The position numbers were made by a program, and so were the translations under genes. Positions 29,055 to 42,540 of a DNA stretch of 64,000 nt are shown one piece after another. Source of the DNA: Eledone cirrhosa (taxonomy: Eukaryota); NCBI GenBank assembly GCA_964016885.1, contig OZ024742.1, positions 148,118,001 to 148,182,000 on the forward strand, read 5' to 3'. Position 1 is the stretch's first letter; each line of letters opens with the position of its first letter. Under the pieces are notes generated by a model, which saw only the letters and a list, made by a program, of their open reading frames with translations, made no database searches and had not been told where the DNA came from.

Positions 29055-30020
29055 TTTCTCGAAGATCGAGTTGAGGCGCGAGTGTATTAAAATTTATAGA
29101 AAATATCAACGAAAGGATAGCTGCCAAAACACCAAAATGCCGTTAATGACGGGGTCGGGTAAAATCTTACCTCAAAGGATAGGAATCAACGACTAAAAGT
29201 GTGTTGATCCACAGAGGTGATGGGAGGAGATGGGCAAAGGAAGAAAATGGAGAAAATGAAAATGAACGAGACAAAATCACACAAACATCATCTTGCGTCA
29301 TCAGCTCTCATGCCGGAATGTAGTTTCGCAGGATTTAAATTTGAGAGTACTACATATAATTGCCGGTTCGTGCAACAGAAAATAAATATTTCTGCTCATA
29401 TGATGTATGTATGGTAAACGAACAAATTAGATGGACACACAGGTAGATCAGAGGGAAGGAAGTAGGATGCGTCCATTCGACAGCATGTCGCCACTATAAA
29501 GCACTCCAAGCCTAAAGCAGTAGAAGTGGCAGCAAGCGGAAGTGACAAACAAGAGCGACGGGTAGGAGAAGGTGAAGAGAAGAAAAGAAGAAACAAGAAG
29601 GAAAGAAGGGGTAAACATGGAGGAGAGAGAAAGGACGAAAGAAGTGAAAAGTAAGAGCAACGGGTAGAGTAAGGGGGAAAAGAAGAAAAGAAGCAACAAG
29701 AAGGAGAAGGGAAAAGTGGTGGAGAGAGAGAAACGACGAAAAGGAAAGAAGGGGGAAAAGGAAAGAAGGAAAGAAAGTGCTAACGAATTTCAAGCCAGAG
29801 TATCCGTCTAGATTAGAAAGCTATTATAGCTGTGATAAAAATGAAAACAAGGTTTTCTCGAAGATCGAGTTGAGAATTTATAGAATCTTCCATTACTTCT
29901 GTGGACCAACACACTTCTAACCGTTGATTCTTGTCCTTTGAGGTAAGATTTGACCCGACGCTGTCATTAACGGCAATTTGCTGTTTTGGTCACTGCCCCT
30001 GCTTTGAGTTTTCCCCATTA
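29050..30020. mobile_element. TA/TC-flanked element with direct and inverted segments, related to the foldback at 16985-17105
   Basis: TTTTCTCGAAGATCGAGTTGAG occurs near 29054 and 29853. About 29125-29215 is inverted at about 29897-29990. TTACCTCAAAGGATAG is shared with about 17022. Confidence 0.6.
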
Positions 30021-30046
30021 TTCTCCTCCCCCGCTCTCTCTCTCTC

Positions 30047-30124
<78 letters not shown>

Positions 30125-30469
30125 AGCATCCTAAAAAATCAGCAACTATATATATATATACAGTATATAGTTGCTGATTATTGAGGATGCTTGTCTGTGA
30201 AAGTTACGTTGCAGTCTCACGAAGATAATCAGGTTTAAGCAGGTAAAAACACTCCACGTCAGTCGTATATAGCCAGCTTTGTGGTGGCGACTAAACGTGA
30301 CGTAGATTCGATTTACGAAATAACGTAAAGATAGAATTTATGTTTACTTCATCTTTCATTAGGTTTTCGGATAGGAGCAAAATATATTTATATGAAAATT
30401 TAAAGTAATCTAAAAAGAACAAAAGTAATAAAAAAAGAAACGAAAAGAAACTATACTCTCATCTTACAG

Positions 30470-31030
30470 CAGCATTGAGAATGCAGGTCGGCCACCGGAT
30501 CTGCGAGCCATACCAATGTCGCTGCGGATCCACGATGGACTCTTTTGGCCTCCACCCACTTTCCTGTCACCGCCCTCCCCGCCATGCTGCCCTCAACGAG
30601 GTCATAAAGCATGGCTTGGACGCTGCACGCTTCCCTTCCCGGCTCGAGCCGGTGGGGCTGGACGGAGGGGACGACAAAAGGCCAGATGGCATGACTATCT
30701 TCCCGTTCCGCGGTGGCAAACCCCTCGTCTGGGATGCCACTTGCACCGATACTTTCTGCAGCCGCAACCTGGTGCAGTCTGCGACTAACCCGGATTCTGC
30801 TGCACGTCGGGCTGAGGAGACTAAACTCCTCAAATACCGGTCGTTCTCCGACAGGTTTGCGGTTGTACCCCTGGCAGTGTCCTCGGCCCCAGGGCTACCT
30901 CCCTACTCACCACCATAGGCGCTGAGCTGGCCAGCCGCAGGTGTGAGCTCCGCGAGTTGGAGTGGCTTTTCTAGCGCGTCTCCCTTAACGTCCTCCGGGG
31001 ATAGGCCTTCTCCATTCTGACCGCCGGGGC
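30470..31030 (+). pseudogene. 3' fragment of a CRE-like non-LTR element (zinc motif plus restriction-like endonuclease)
   Basis: CRCG..D..GLH.LSC, RHAALN, KRPDG, LVWDATC.D. Confidence 0.8.
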
Positions 31031-32091
31031 TGTGTGTGTGTGGGGGGGGGGGGGGGCATCTCGTATCATTCCATATTTAATTATGGTCGATATGTGTATG
31101 ATTTTTTTTTTGGATGTTGACGAAGTCATATATATATATATTTTTTTCTTTTTTCTTTTTATTAAGTAGCGTATAATATAAATGTTATTAACATTTCAAA
31201 TCGGATTTCTGGCTGCTTTTCTTCAATTTCGCTTCCGAGTTTACTTAATTGTATTTATACATATTTCAATGACATGGTGGTAATTATATGTGATGTAGTT
31301 ATGTTGGTATATGTTGATATGTGGCAGGTAAAGTAGTACCATCCTGAAGTTGATCTAGCGAATATATGACACACTGAATCTAGTTTCTCACCTAGTGTTT
31401 GTGTAGCAGAAGTATCTATTTTCTGGTTGGTGAAATCTGCAGACTCTAAGAAATGTTAATTTATTCTAGGGTTGACAGCTAACGTATGTGGTTTGTTTCA
31501 CATGCTGCGTGGTTGTTGTTGCTGAGTGTAGAAGATACATTTATTACTTTTTATCATGGTATCTTTTGGTTTAGTATTGTCCGCTGTCACTAATCATGTC
31601 TGAGCATCAGGCAGCCATTGTTCTTGTTTATTACTGCTATAGGTATCCTTGCCTCGCCCCAGCCATGTTAACAACAGCAACAACAGTGTCTCCATCAACA
31701 ATAACAACAAAATGCCCACGTTGCTGCTTACATTGATGATAATGATAATAATAATAATAATAATTGTTTCTACTTTAGGCACAAGGCCAGCAATTACTCA
31801 GTACATTACTGGTACTTTATTTTAATAATAATGATTTCATTTATTGGCCACAAGGGCCGACATATAGGGGACAATACAAAAGACTGGGACAGTGGGGTTT
31901 TATAGAAAAATCGAGTAAACAATATGAATAAACAAAGTAACAATAAAGTAACAATAAAATTACAAGAAAAAAATTCCTCAATAGGGGGGATGACCACCTA
32001 GGGTTCGCTCAGGTACCCCACCAGATCTGAACGACCCGACGCTTCGAGAGCACCCTCGAAGGGCACCCCTCTCCTCTTCAAATTTACCTAC

Positions 32092-35000
32092 CTACAGCCG
32101 CATGACCAGAGTAGGCCCACTCACACGGGCCATTCTCGCCACATTCACCCACCTTTCAGCAAATGTACTGGTGGGCAGCACTTCTCTCTCCACCCTCACC
32201 TTCCTTTCCAAGTGAAACTTGGAAAAGTTGATGAGGGATTGGCCGAAGAGAAAAGTGTCTGTCTTCAGTCCTTTCAACCTCGTCCACCATACAACCTCTT
32301 TCGCTACTGCCACCAGACAGAGGAAAATTGCCTGCCCTTCCTGGCCAAAAGAAGGCGGCGGGTCGATCTTCACTATGGACTCGGCCGATAGCCGGATCCG
32401 TTCTACACGCGACAACAGCTGTTCAACATAACTCCACAAGTCAGTAATGCACGGACACTGGACGAGTGCGTGCAGAACGGTTTCGTCGCTCTGCGCGCAT
32501 CTCGGGCAGGTCCGTCTGACAGCACTTCCGTGCCTGTAGAGTTTATCTCGAACCGGCAGTGCCCCCCGGTAGCACTGCCAAGCGAGGGATTTTTGGAAAT
32601 TATCCATCGTCCCCGGCTCGAAAGTCCTCCGGTACAGACTGCTTAGTTCGACTTCGTTGACTCCCAGAGCCTCTCCGAGTGCGTTGTCGCACTTGCCCAC
32701 CACTAATCCTCTATAGAACACGAGAGTGGAAGTTCACTGACCGCATTGCCCGCCTGGTAGAGGGCAGTGAGTGCCTGGCAACATTCCAGATGCCAGTCAC
32801 CCAGTCTCGGTCTCTTCTTGACCCAGGACTGCAACTCAGTCAAAGAAACGAGCTGCGGAAAGGTCCGTCTGACAAACGGCGACCACACCTGTTTACCGTT
32901 TAGACAGAATATCTGGAGATGCCGCAGCCTCAGCGCGTGCCTGCGCATCATTAGCCACGGCATGCCCAGCCCTCCACGTAGATGGACCGCCTCACCAGCG
33001 GAACCTGACTCCTCCACAAGAATTTGGAGAGGAGCCGCTCCAAGATGGCGAGGCGCGGACGGGGGCAAGGGACGACAGTCAGACGGTAGTAGATGACGGA
33101 CGCGATGTACGCGTTCGCCACCTCCGCCCGACCTTTCAGTGATAGCTTCATCCCAGCCCATTTCTGGGTGAGACTGACTACCCTGTCCGTCACCTCGTCC
33201 CAATTCTTATCCACCTAGAGGTCTGGCCCGAACCAAACCCCTAGCAACTTTACCGGCCCGTCCGTCCAGCGCCTAACGACGCTGTTGGACGGCATGGACT
33301 TGCCTCTCCAGGTGCCGAGTTGCAAGCCTACTGACTTTTCCGGGTTAAGTTTTGCTCCCGTCCACCTTTCATATTCCTCCAATAAGTTGCCGACCACCTC
33401 GATTTCTGAGGTGTCCGACACCATCACGGTGATGTCGTCCGCATAAGCTGACACGGCCTTTCCGCGTCCCGGTTCGAGCGGGATGCCCTGCAACAGCTCC
33501 AGCTTCCGCAGTAAAGGCTCGAGAGTCAATACGTACAGAAGGGAGGAGAGAGGACACCCTTGACGGACCGATCGGGAGACCTGAAACGGTTCCGGGAGGT
33601 GGCCATTAATTTTGACCATCGAGTAGGTGCCGCTGTGCATTGCAGCGATCCAGCTTCTGAAGACGGGGCCGAAGCCAGCCGCCTTGAGGACAGCCTCCAG
33701 GTACCGATGGTTGACCCTATCGAATGCTTTCGATTGATCTAAATTGATCAGAGCCCACCGAAGCCAGGTTTACACCCTACCCTCTCTATGATGTATCGTA
33801 TTAGGTGGAGGTTGTCGTGTATGGACCTGGTTGGGATTGCGCAAGTTTGCGCCTCCCCAACCAAATCTCCGACGACAAGCGCCAACCTCTTCGCTAACAC
33901 CCTGGCCAAAATCTTAAACTCTGTGTTGAGCAGAGTTATGGGCCTGAAATTGTCTAATGTGTCCCTCTTGTTCTCGTCTTTCCTTATCAGCGAGACTACG
34001 CCCGGCTCACAGAACTGGGAATACTCCCGTTTTGCTGCCAGTTGCAGTAGAGGGCTTCGAGGAGATTGGAGTGCAAGTCTGGCATATTTACGTAAAGCTC
34101 GTAGGGCAGACCATCCAAACCGGGTGACTTGCGCCTCATGCAGCCTACAGGGGCATCCTGAATCTCGGCTGAAGTAATTGGCCTTTCGCAGCGCCCAGCG
34201 TCAGCCGTCGAGAGTTGCGGCAAGCCATCGAGGTAGGGACTGAAGTCTGCCACCATCTCTGACCCGCCACTTCCCCCGAACAACCGAGCAAAATGTTGGC
34301 GAAAGGCCTCACACATCCTCTTGGAATCGCTCAGCTCGTGCCCGTCTCGGTCCGTCAAAGACCGAATCGTGGTTTTATTACCACGCTGCGCCTCTGCCAC
34401 GCGGGCCCATCGAACAGCTTTGGTTCCCTCGTTTCTCAGAGCACGCGCCTTAGCTCTGACAATGCAACCTTCGTGTTTCGCATTGAAGAAATGGTCTAAT
34501 GCCATTCTCGCCGCTAGCACGTCAGTGGCAATGCCACTACCAATAGCCTCGTCTAACTTATCTACCAACTCTCCCTCCTTTCTATTTTTCTCTAACGCTA
34601 CTTCTTTGCTAAACTCTATCGACATTACTCTAATCTCTCTTTTGAGAGCCCCCCCACCATCTATTGTTGACGACTCCCCCTGTCAACCTTTTCTTAACTA
34701 AATTGCTGACCTGGTCCCTGTAAGCCTTACGTGCCGGAAATGACATGTTTAGCTTCCAGTAACCAGGTCCTAACCTACGCGTCTTATCTAGGTTGACCAT
34801 ACAGATCACAAACTTGTGATCTGAATAGGCGACCGTTTCAAAACGTGGACAGCTTACACTATTTCTGTCTATTTTCCTAATGAATATCCTGTCTATACAC
34901 GATCTAGATGACCCTATGCGGTTTGCCCAGGTCCACACTGGCGCATTAGGGAAATCTAGTCGGTACCTGTCAGACAGTTGGAACTGGCTGAGCAGGTTCT

Positions 35001-35496
35001 TGACGCTTTTGCACCCCCTGCTCCTATCGGATACTCCCACACAGTCCCAGCGTGCGTCTAAGATGCCGTTCCAGTCCCCCGTTAACAGTAAAGGGCGAGA
35101 CGTACCCAGAAAGGCTTCCAGGCGTCTAAAGAAGTCCGGCCGTCCTGCCCCAGTAGGAGCATAGACAGCCACCAGTCTAAAGGCACCACCTTCATTATTG
35201 TTCACGTCCAGGACTACCAACTTCCCGTCCGGGTCCCGGAAGATCGATCTTACCTCGAGATCCAGGCCTTTCCTAAACAGCACTGCCACCCCGCCTCCCA
35301 TTCCCGGCCGGCTAACAGATGCAAAGATCTGATAGTCGTCGAAAATGGGGGCGAGTGCGCGCGTGTCGGAAATCCTGGTCTCGCTGACTGCAATTACATT
35401 CATTTCTATAGACCTGAGGTCGTTGAGCAGGTGACCCTGCTTCCAGGACGATTCCAGGCCTCGAACATTTAAACATCCTACTCTTAATACGGCCAT
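32092..35496 (-). pseudogene. Tx1 ORF2 (APE endonuclease, RT, zinc knuckle), frameshifted
   Basis: LNVRG, SET, VYAP, GDWN, IDRIF, SDH, YWKLN, KSPGLDGLP, VRQGCPLS, YADD, LLGV, CPRC..ETVLH..C across several frames. Confidence 0.93.
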
Positions 35497-35527
35497 GTTG
35501 GCAGGTTAAACAGAGAGAGAGGAAGGT

Positions 35528-37436
35528 TTACTTACTTTCCGGGCTCTTGTGAAGGTCGGGTTGTTCGACCTCCATAGTTAGTGGGGTTTCTTTTGGGAAC
35601 CCCTTTAAAAGTCTTGAAGTGGGTTTTACGTTCGGGGTTCCCACGTCCCGAGGAAAGCTGTCTCGTATTTCTTTGAATATGTCGAGCGACATTCGCACCA
35701 GAACCAAATCTTCCGGCACGTGAAATGTGCTCGATTTAAAAATTTCCCCCTCTTTTTGTATATTTTCACTTCGTACTACGAGGGCCATCAGTTCCTTGTT
35801 GGCCCTCCTGACGAGCACGAAGTTTTGTATGTTTTGTTGGTGTGATTTTATTTGTTTGCGTGGCTGTGGTGGTGAGGGTTTTGGTGGTGTTGTTTCGGTT
35901 GTATCTGTGTTTATTGTGAGTGCGGTGTCTGTGGTTTCAGATGTTTGTGTGTATATTTGTTCTTGCGTCTGTTTAGGTTGTTTGCGTTTGGGGGATTCTG
36001 GTGATTGTGATGGTGGTGTTGATGTTGGTGTTATTGGAGAGATGTTTGCGTGGGTGGTGTCTGCGTTTTTTATTGTGGGTGATTTTGTGCTTTGTTGAGT
36101 TTTTTTTTTTTCTTTTTGTGTTTCCCTTTTTGTATTTTGGGGGATTTTGGTTTTCCCTCATTTTCACTACTGGTAGAGGAGGGGCCTGTGTCTGTAAGTG
36201 TGCCTGTGTCTGTATGTATGTTTAGGGTTTTATTGGTGTGTGTATTTTGGGGGGGAGGGGGAATTTGACAGCTTTCCTCGTTTCCCTCCTGGGTGGTCAA
36301 TGTTGGTGGTGGTCTTTCTATTGGTATTGTTGTTGGTGGTTTTGCCGGTGCTGGTGTTGGTTGTGGTCCTCGCCTCGGCGTCGGCAGCAGTGGAGCCTTT
36401 CGACCCCTTGCCTTGTCATAATGTGAATGACCGTCCCATTCTGAAGGCGGATGTGGTCCGGGATTGTCTTCACATTCTCGGGCCTGATCTGGAGAAGAAT
36501 CTCCAGGTCAACCCCGGACCAGTCCTCTCTGGCCGTTCTGGTCACTTCTATAGGGACGGTATCCGTCCCCTCCACAATCACACATCCCAGAAGCCACCAC
36601 ATGTCAAGTCCTGGTGGGATTCTGGGAATGCGGAGACGGGCCGTTCTTTTTCCCATGTGGGAGGGGGTACATTATGACCTTGCTGGTTTTGCAAGGAGTC
36701 ATAACGTGTTTCATAGCGAGGGCTTCTGACTTGAACAACACCGAAATGGTGCCGTACTGTCTGCCCCTCTCTATGTACTGGGTGTCTTTTCTGATGCACC
36801 TCAGCGCGACTTCGACATCTTCTTGTGGGATTAAAGCTGCCCTTTTGGTTTGTGCTGAGATTCATCTATAATGCACCGTTCTGCGCTCCACTGCCTCAAT
36901 AGCTTCTACCGGGACAGTTAAGTTGGCCCAGGTTTGCTCTTGCTTGATAAGCTTCCATGCCTGGGCCAACTTTTCATCTTTGTTTGAGAGGTCCATGTTG
37001 AAGCATGGCCTCTTTTTTGCTGCTGCCGCAGCGAAAGTGTTCTTATTGTTTTCGTTGGGGGTGTTGTCGTTGTTCTTGTTGGTGTTGTTGTTAGCACTGT
37101 CGCTGTTATCATTGTTGTCTTTGTTGCCACCGTTGTTCTCGGTGCAGTTGGTATTGTTGCTGTTGGTGTTGTCGCTATTTGTTTTAATGTTAGTGGTGTT
37201 GATATTGTTGTTGTATTTGTTATTTTATTTTTGTTATCTGTATTTTCGTTGTCGCTGTTACTGTCATTTTTTTTCAAAATTAGAATTCTCATTGGTATCA
37301 TTGGTGTCTTTGTTTACATTGTTTGTGGTGGTGTTTGTGTTATCAATTTGTGTTAATTTCGCTGTAGCGCTCCTCTCAACTTCCACGTCGTTGTCGCACG
37401 ACAGCAGACATATCGCTGGGGGGCGTGGCTCAGCCA
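35528..37436 (-). pseudogene. Tx1 ORF1, frameshifted
   Basis: Fragmented frames upstream of ORF2 with Asn/Thr-rich stretches; similar to 41548-41820. Confidence 0.65.
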
Positions 37437-37699
37437 TGTTTTTTTTTCTCCGTAAATGTTTTAACATGTAAAAAAAATTCAAATATTTGGGCCAAAAGCC
37501 CAAATATCATACTTTCCCTTTCACAGGGCAAAGTCTAAGGGCTTATATCCCTTACACAACAAGAAATATTTAACAACAAATAATTTTAACATGCAAATAA
37601 AGCGACTTACTGGGAGCGAGCAAAATACGTCCGCTTAGACCAATAATAATAATAATAATAATAATTGTTTCTACTTTAGGCACAAGGCCAGCAAATTAC

Positions 37700-38733
37700 C
37701 AGAGATCTGAAGGTGGAAGAGGTCTTATCAGCATAGAGGACTGTGTTCAGATGGAGAAAAACAACCTGCACAAATACGTGACCGACAGTAGGGAGCCAAT
37801 GCTCAGAATTGTACTGAAGGAGAGAACAATAGACCAGGGGATGTCCAAGGAGGAAATAACAACAAGGAAGAAGACCAACCTTCATGAAAAATCCCTTCAT
37901 AGTACCTTCATTGAGAAAACTGAATTTAGAGATCCACAGACATGGAACTGGTTAAAAAGAGGAGACCTTAAAAAGGCTACAGAAGGAATGCTAATGGCTG
38001 CGCAAGAGCAAGCACTCAAAACGAGGTGGGTGAAACACCATATTTACAAGGTGGAGGCTACCCCACTGTGTAGGATCTGTGGAGAGAGAGAGGAGACTGT
38101 GGCTCACATTGTATCCGAGTGTAAACACCTAGCCCAGACTCACTATAAAGGCTGGAGACATGATGTGATGGGCAGGGTGATCCACTGACACCTATGCAAA
38201 GTAAACAATTTACCACATTCTGAGAAGTGGTATGAGCATAAGCCAGAGTCGATGATAGAAAACGATCAGGTGAAGGTGCTGTGTGATTTTAGGATACAGA
38301 CGGACAAGAAACTGGAACACAATAGACCTGACCTGGTGGTTTTGGACAAGGAAAAAAGATCATGCCTGATTGTAAATGTAGCCTGCCCATTTGGCACGAG
38401 AGTGCAAGAAAAGGAGAGGGAGAAAATTAACCGATACCAAGACTTAAAGTGGGAGGTAAAAAGGATTTGGAACTGCCATGAAGTCAGAGTCGTCCCGATT
38501 GTCATAGGCGCACTAGGTACTATCTCAAAGAGTTTCCAAGGATGGTTAAAGAAAGTTAGTCCAGCCCCGCTTTTTGGAACACTTCAAAAGGCAAGCTTGC
38601 TGGGAACAGCAAGAACCCTTCGATACGTCCTGAATATCTGAGGCTGCAGGTAGCGGCTTGATATTCATTTCAACAAACTTTCCAGTTAAATAACATCAAC
38701 GACTGAGACTCAAAGAACAATAATAATAATAAT
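37700..38733 (+). mobile_element. 5'-truncated R4/Dong-like RLE element with (AAT)n tail
   Basis: AAQEQAL, CRIC..ETVAHIVSEC, RHD, DF.IQTD..HNRPD, IGALG, LQKASLLGTA; one in-frame stop at 38186. Confidence 0.88.
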
Positions 38734-41143
38734 GATTTCTTTATTGGCCACAAGGGCTGACATCAAGAAAAAACATTACAGACGGCACAGGACGGTACAG
38801 GACGGTACAGGACGGTACGATGTGGGTTTTGTTCGTGTAAAGATTTTTATTATTTATATAAGAAAAGAAAAAGAAAAAGACATAGAAACATATATATATA
38901 AACAATAATAATGAAAATTGAAACAATGAAAAATTCCCCAATAGTGGGGAAACCTCCGAGGGTTACTCGAGGCGAAAACCACACAAAAGACCACGGCCAC
39001 TCTGACCACCAGGGCAAGCGCCCTCTCTCAATTTATCCATTTCTCAAACTACAGGCGTATATTTAGAGCGGTCCCGTTCACACGGACCATGCTGGCTACA
39101 TTCACCCACCTTTCAACAAACTTGCTAGAAGGCAGCACTTGCCTCTCCACCCTGATTTTCCTCTTCAAGTGAAACTTGAAAAAGTTAATTAGGGATTCGC
39201 CGAAGAGGAAAGTGTCTGTCTTTAACCCTTTCAACCTCGTCCATCACACAATCTCTTTCGATAATCTCCGCCGATAATCGGATCAGTCCTACACGCGACA
39301 GCAACTGTTCGACATAGCTCCACAAGTCAGCAATGCTCGGGCACTGAACGAGTGCGTGTACGACGGTTTCGTCGCTCTTCGCGCATCTCGGACAGGCTCG
39401 GCTGATGGCACTTCCGTGCCTGTAGAGCTTATCTCGAACCAGCAACGCTCCCCGGTAGCACTGCCAGGCCAGGGATTTTTGGAAGTTATCCATAGGCCCC
39501 GGGCTGAAAGTTCTCCGGAAGAGGGCAAATAGCTGATCTTCTTCGACGCCCAGGATCTCCCCGAGAACGTCGTCGCTCTTCCCCTCCACTAGTCCTCTAT
39601 AGAACGCCGAGGTGGATGTTCCACCGATACTGGTGCCCAGCTGGAAGAGGGCGGTGAGCGCCTGGAGACATTCCAGTTTCGAAGCGCTTTCCCTCGGTCT
39701 TTTCCTGATCCATGACTGCAGCTCCGTCAAGGAGACGAGCTGTGGGAAAACGTGCCTGGCGAACGGCGACCACACCTGTTCACCGTCAAGGAAGCACCAG
39801 AGATGTCGCAACCTCAGCGCATGTTTGCGCATCATCAGCCATGGCATGCCCAGTCCTCCACGCAACGGGTGTTGACAGCAGATGGATCGTCTGACCATGG
39901 GAGTGCGTCCCTTCCACAAAAAGCGGAAGAGGAGGTGCTCCATTTTGGTGAGAGTTGGGCCGGGGCAAGGGACGACGGTGAGGCGGTAGCAGATGACGGA
40001 TGCGATGTACGCATTCGCCACCTCCGCCCGGCCTTTCAGGGACAGCTTCCTCTCGACCCATTTCTGGGTGAGGGAGGCCACTCTGCTCGTCACCTCGTTC
40101 CAGTTTTTCTCCATCTGGAGGTCCGGTCCGAACCAGACCCCGAGCAATTTAACCGGTCCGTCCGTCCAACGCCCCACGACGCTGTCGGATGGCATGGACT
40201 TGCCTCTCCAGGTGCCGAGCTGCAAGCACACCGACTTTTCCTGGTTTATTTTTGCTCCTGTCACCGCTTCGTATTCCTTGAGAGCGGTGCCGAGCATCTG
40301 GACGTGTCTGGTGCTCGACACCACCACGGTGACGTCGTCGGCGTAAGCCGACTCGGATTTCCCGCATCCTAGTTCGCGTGGGACGGTCCTCATCGTCCCC
40401 TGTTTGTGCAGTAACGGCTCGAGAGCCAATACGTACAAGAGGGACGAGAGGGGACAACCTGGCGGACCGAGCGCATGATGCTGAACGGCTGCGACAGGTG
40501 ACCGTTCACCCTCACAACTGAGCAGATGTCGCTGTACATCGCAGCGATCAAACCCCTGAAAACGGGCCCGAAACCGGCTGCTTCGAGGACCGCCGCCAGG
40601 TACCGATAGTGGACCCTATCGAATGCTTTGGATTGATCCAAGTTGATCAGGGCCCCACCCGTGCCAGGTTCCTTAGCCACCCTCTCTACGATGTATCGCA
40701 TGAGGTGGAGGTTGTCGTGTATGGATCTGTCCGGAATGGCACATGTCTGCGCCTCTCTCACCAGACCCCCGACGACAAGCGCCAACCTCGTTGCTAACAC
40801 CTCGGCCAAAATCTTGAACTCTGCGTTTAGCAGGGTTATGGGCCTGAAGTTATCGATAATATCCCCCTTGTTCGGATCTTTTCTCCACAGCGCCAGCGCT
40901 CCCCGGCTCACAAAACTGGGAATGCTCCCGTTCTGCTGCCATTTGCAGTAGACGTCTGCCAAGAGGTCACCGAACAAGTCTGGCATAAATGCATAAAGCT
41001 CGTAGGGCAGACTATCCAAACCTGGCGATTTACCCCTCGTGCAGTTAGCCATCGCTTCCCGTATTTCACCGGCTGTTATTGGCTTTTCGCAACACTGTGC
41101 TGCGGTTGTCGAGAGCCGAGGCAGTCCGTCGAGGTATGGACAG
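38734..41143 (-). mobile_element. Second Tx1 LINE, 5'-truncated, related subfamily
   Basis: KSPGLD, FRPITLLN, DQSKAFDRV, YADD, CPRC; 3' tail GGCCAATAAAGAAATC(ATT)n. Confidence 0.92.
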
Positions 41144-41575
41144 TAATAATAATAATAATTGTTTCTACTATTGGCACAAGGCCAGCAATTACTCAGTACA
41201 TTACTGGTACTTTATTTTATCGACCCCGTAAGAATGAAAGGCAAAGTTAACCTCGGCGGGATTTGAACTCAGAATGGCAAGGGCCGTAATCTATACGTCA
41301 AAGCATGGCGTCCGACCCTCTACCGATTCTGCCAATCCACCAATAATAATAATAATAATGGTTTCTAGTATAGGCACAAGGCCAGCAATTTGAGATAGGG
41401 GAAAGTCGATTAAATTGACACCAGTACTTTACTGGTACTTTATTTTATCGTCCTCATTAAGCTCGGCGTGATTTGAATTTAGAACTTAAAGGGCCGTAAC
41501 TCTAATAATAATAATTATTATTTCTACTTTTAGCACAAGGCCAGCAATTACCCCAGTGCATTACTAGTACTGGTT
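41144..41575 (-). mobile_element. Three tandem Nin/Deu-like SINE copies joined by (ATT)n tails
   Basis: Repeated (AAT)n-TTTCTA..GCACAAGGCCAGCAATT units. Confidence 0.85.
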
Positions 41576-41880
41576 TGTATTAGAAGTTCCATGCCTGACT
41601 CTGACCAGTTTTCAGTTTTTATTTTGTGTGTGCTCTCCTTAACGTCCACGAGGACCGCTGCAACTAGCCAAGGAATAGCTATTGTGTGCGGCACTTGGAT
41701 TACTCTAATTTTTACCAGTTCTTGGCCACAATACGTCGGAAGCAGAAGGATTTCCTCGCTCCTGGGTGGTGTGAGGGAGTGTCTTCTTGCTTCCTCTGGT
41801 GTCTCAAAGAGTACGTCCACCGTCTCAAATGCTCTGCCTGGTAGTTACACTTATAATATGGTTGCTTAGTCCTTTGACGT
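41576..41880 (-). pseudogene. Tx1 ORF1 fragment
   Basis: LLPTYCGQELVKIRV..VP....PWLVAAVL resembles MGKRTARLRIPRIP....WWLLGCVI of the ORF1 at 36318-36656. Confidence 0.55.
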
Positions 41881-42029
41881 TCAGAAGTTATCATGAACAG
41901 TTTATCTGCAATGTATTATCATTATCGCTCTGTCACGCAGTGCAGATGGATAATGTACCAAGGTATTTAATCACCTGTCAAGTCGCAACAAAGACGGCAG
42001 ACAGATAATACTTTCCTCAAAAAGTACGT

Positions 42030-42540
42030 AGTACATAGCAAGGCCGCCTTCTATGAGACACCTAACCAACATGGTATTCCCAGTCTCTTCAAGAAGTCTT
42101 GAAGTTTCTATGGGATTGACCCTAATGCCCCGATCACAACTCGTGTCACTTTCACATTACCTTCTTGTATTCCAAGTAGTCTCGCCAGCTCCACTTTCAG
42201 TTCAGAGTACTTGGTGATTTTTTCAATCTCTTTACTTGTAATATTCATATCATTTGGTATGGCTACATCGATGATCTGACAGTATTTGTCTTTCTTGTTC
42301 AATACAACAATGTCCGATCAGCGATGCTTAATTATTCTATCAGTCAGAAAATCATAATCCCAGAATATCATTGCTTTCCCATCCTCCTTACTTTACAAGA
42401 CACATGCTCATACCAATTCTCTATGACTTCATTTTGGTATTTACATCACAAAAGCCAATGAAGGTATAGAGAGACTTTTCGATTAAGCATAATTGGAAAT
42501 TTCTAACCACATTAGCGTATGCAGCTGTTGTGTCTATGAT
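42030..42540 (-). pseudogene. Decayed R4/Dong-like RLE fragment
   Basis: IIDVAIP.D..KE.EK..KY..L..VVIGALG. Confidence 0.75.

Larger units (their letters stand above)
31824..37641 (-). mobile_element. Near full-length Tx1/L1-clade LINE with (ATT)n tail
   Basis: ORF1 fragments at 35528-37436 and ORF2 with APE, RT and CCHC at 32092-35496. (AAT)n lies on both sides. Confidence 0.92.

Noticed and set aside
30181-30250. TTGAGGA-TGCTT...AAGCA, possible HHR 5' half
   Set aside because: It is followed by GGTAAAA rather than GAAA, and no helix I or III was found.
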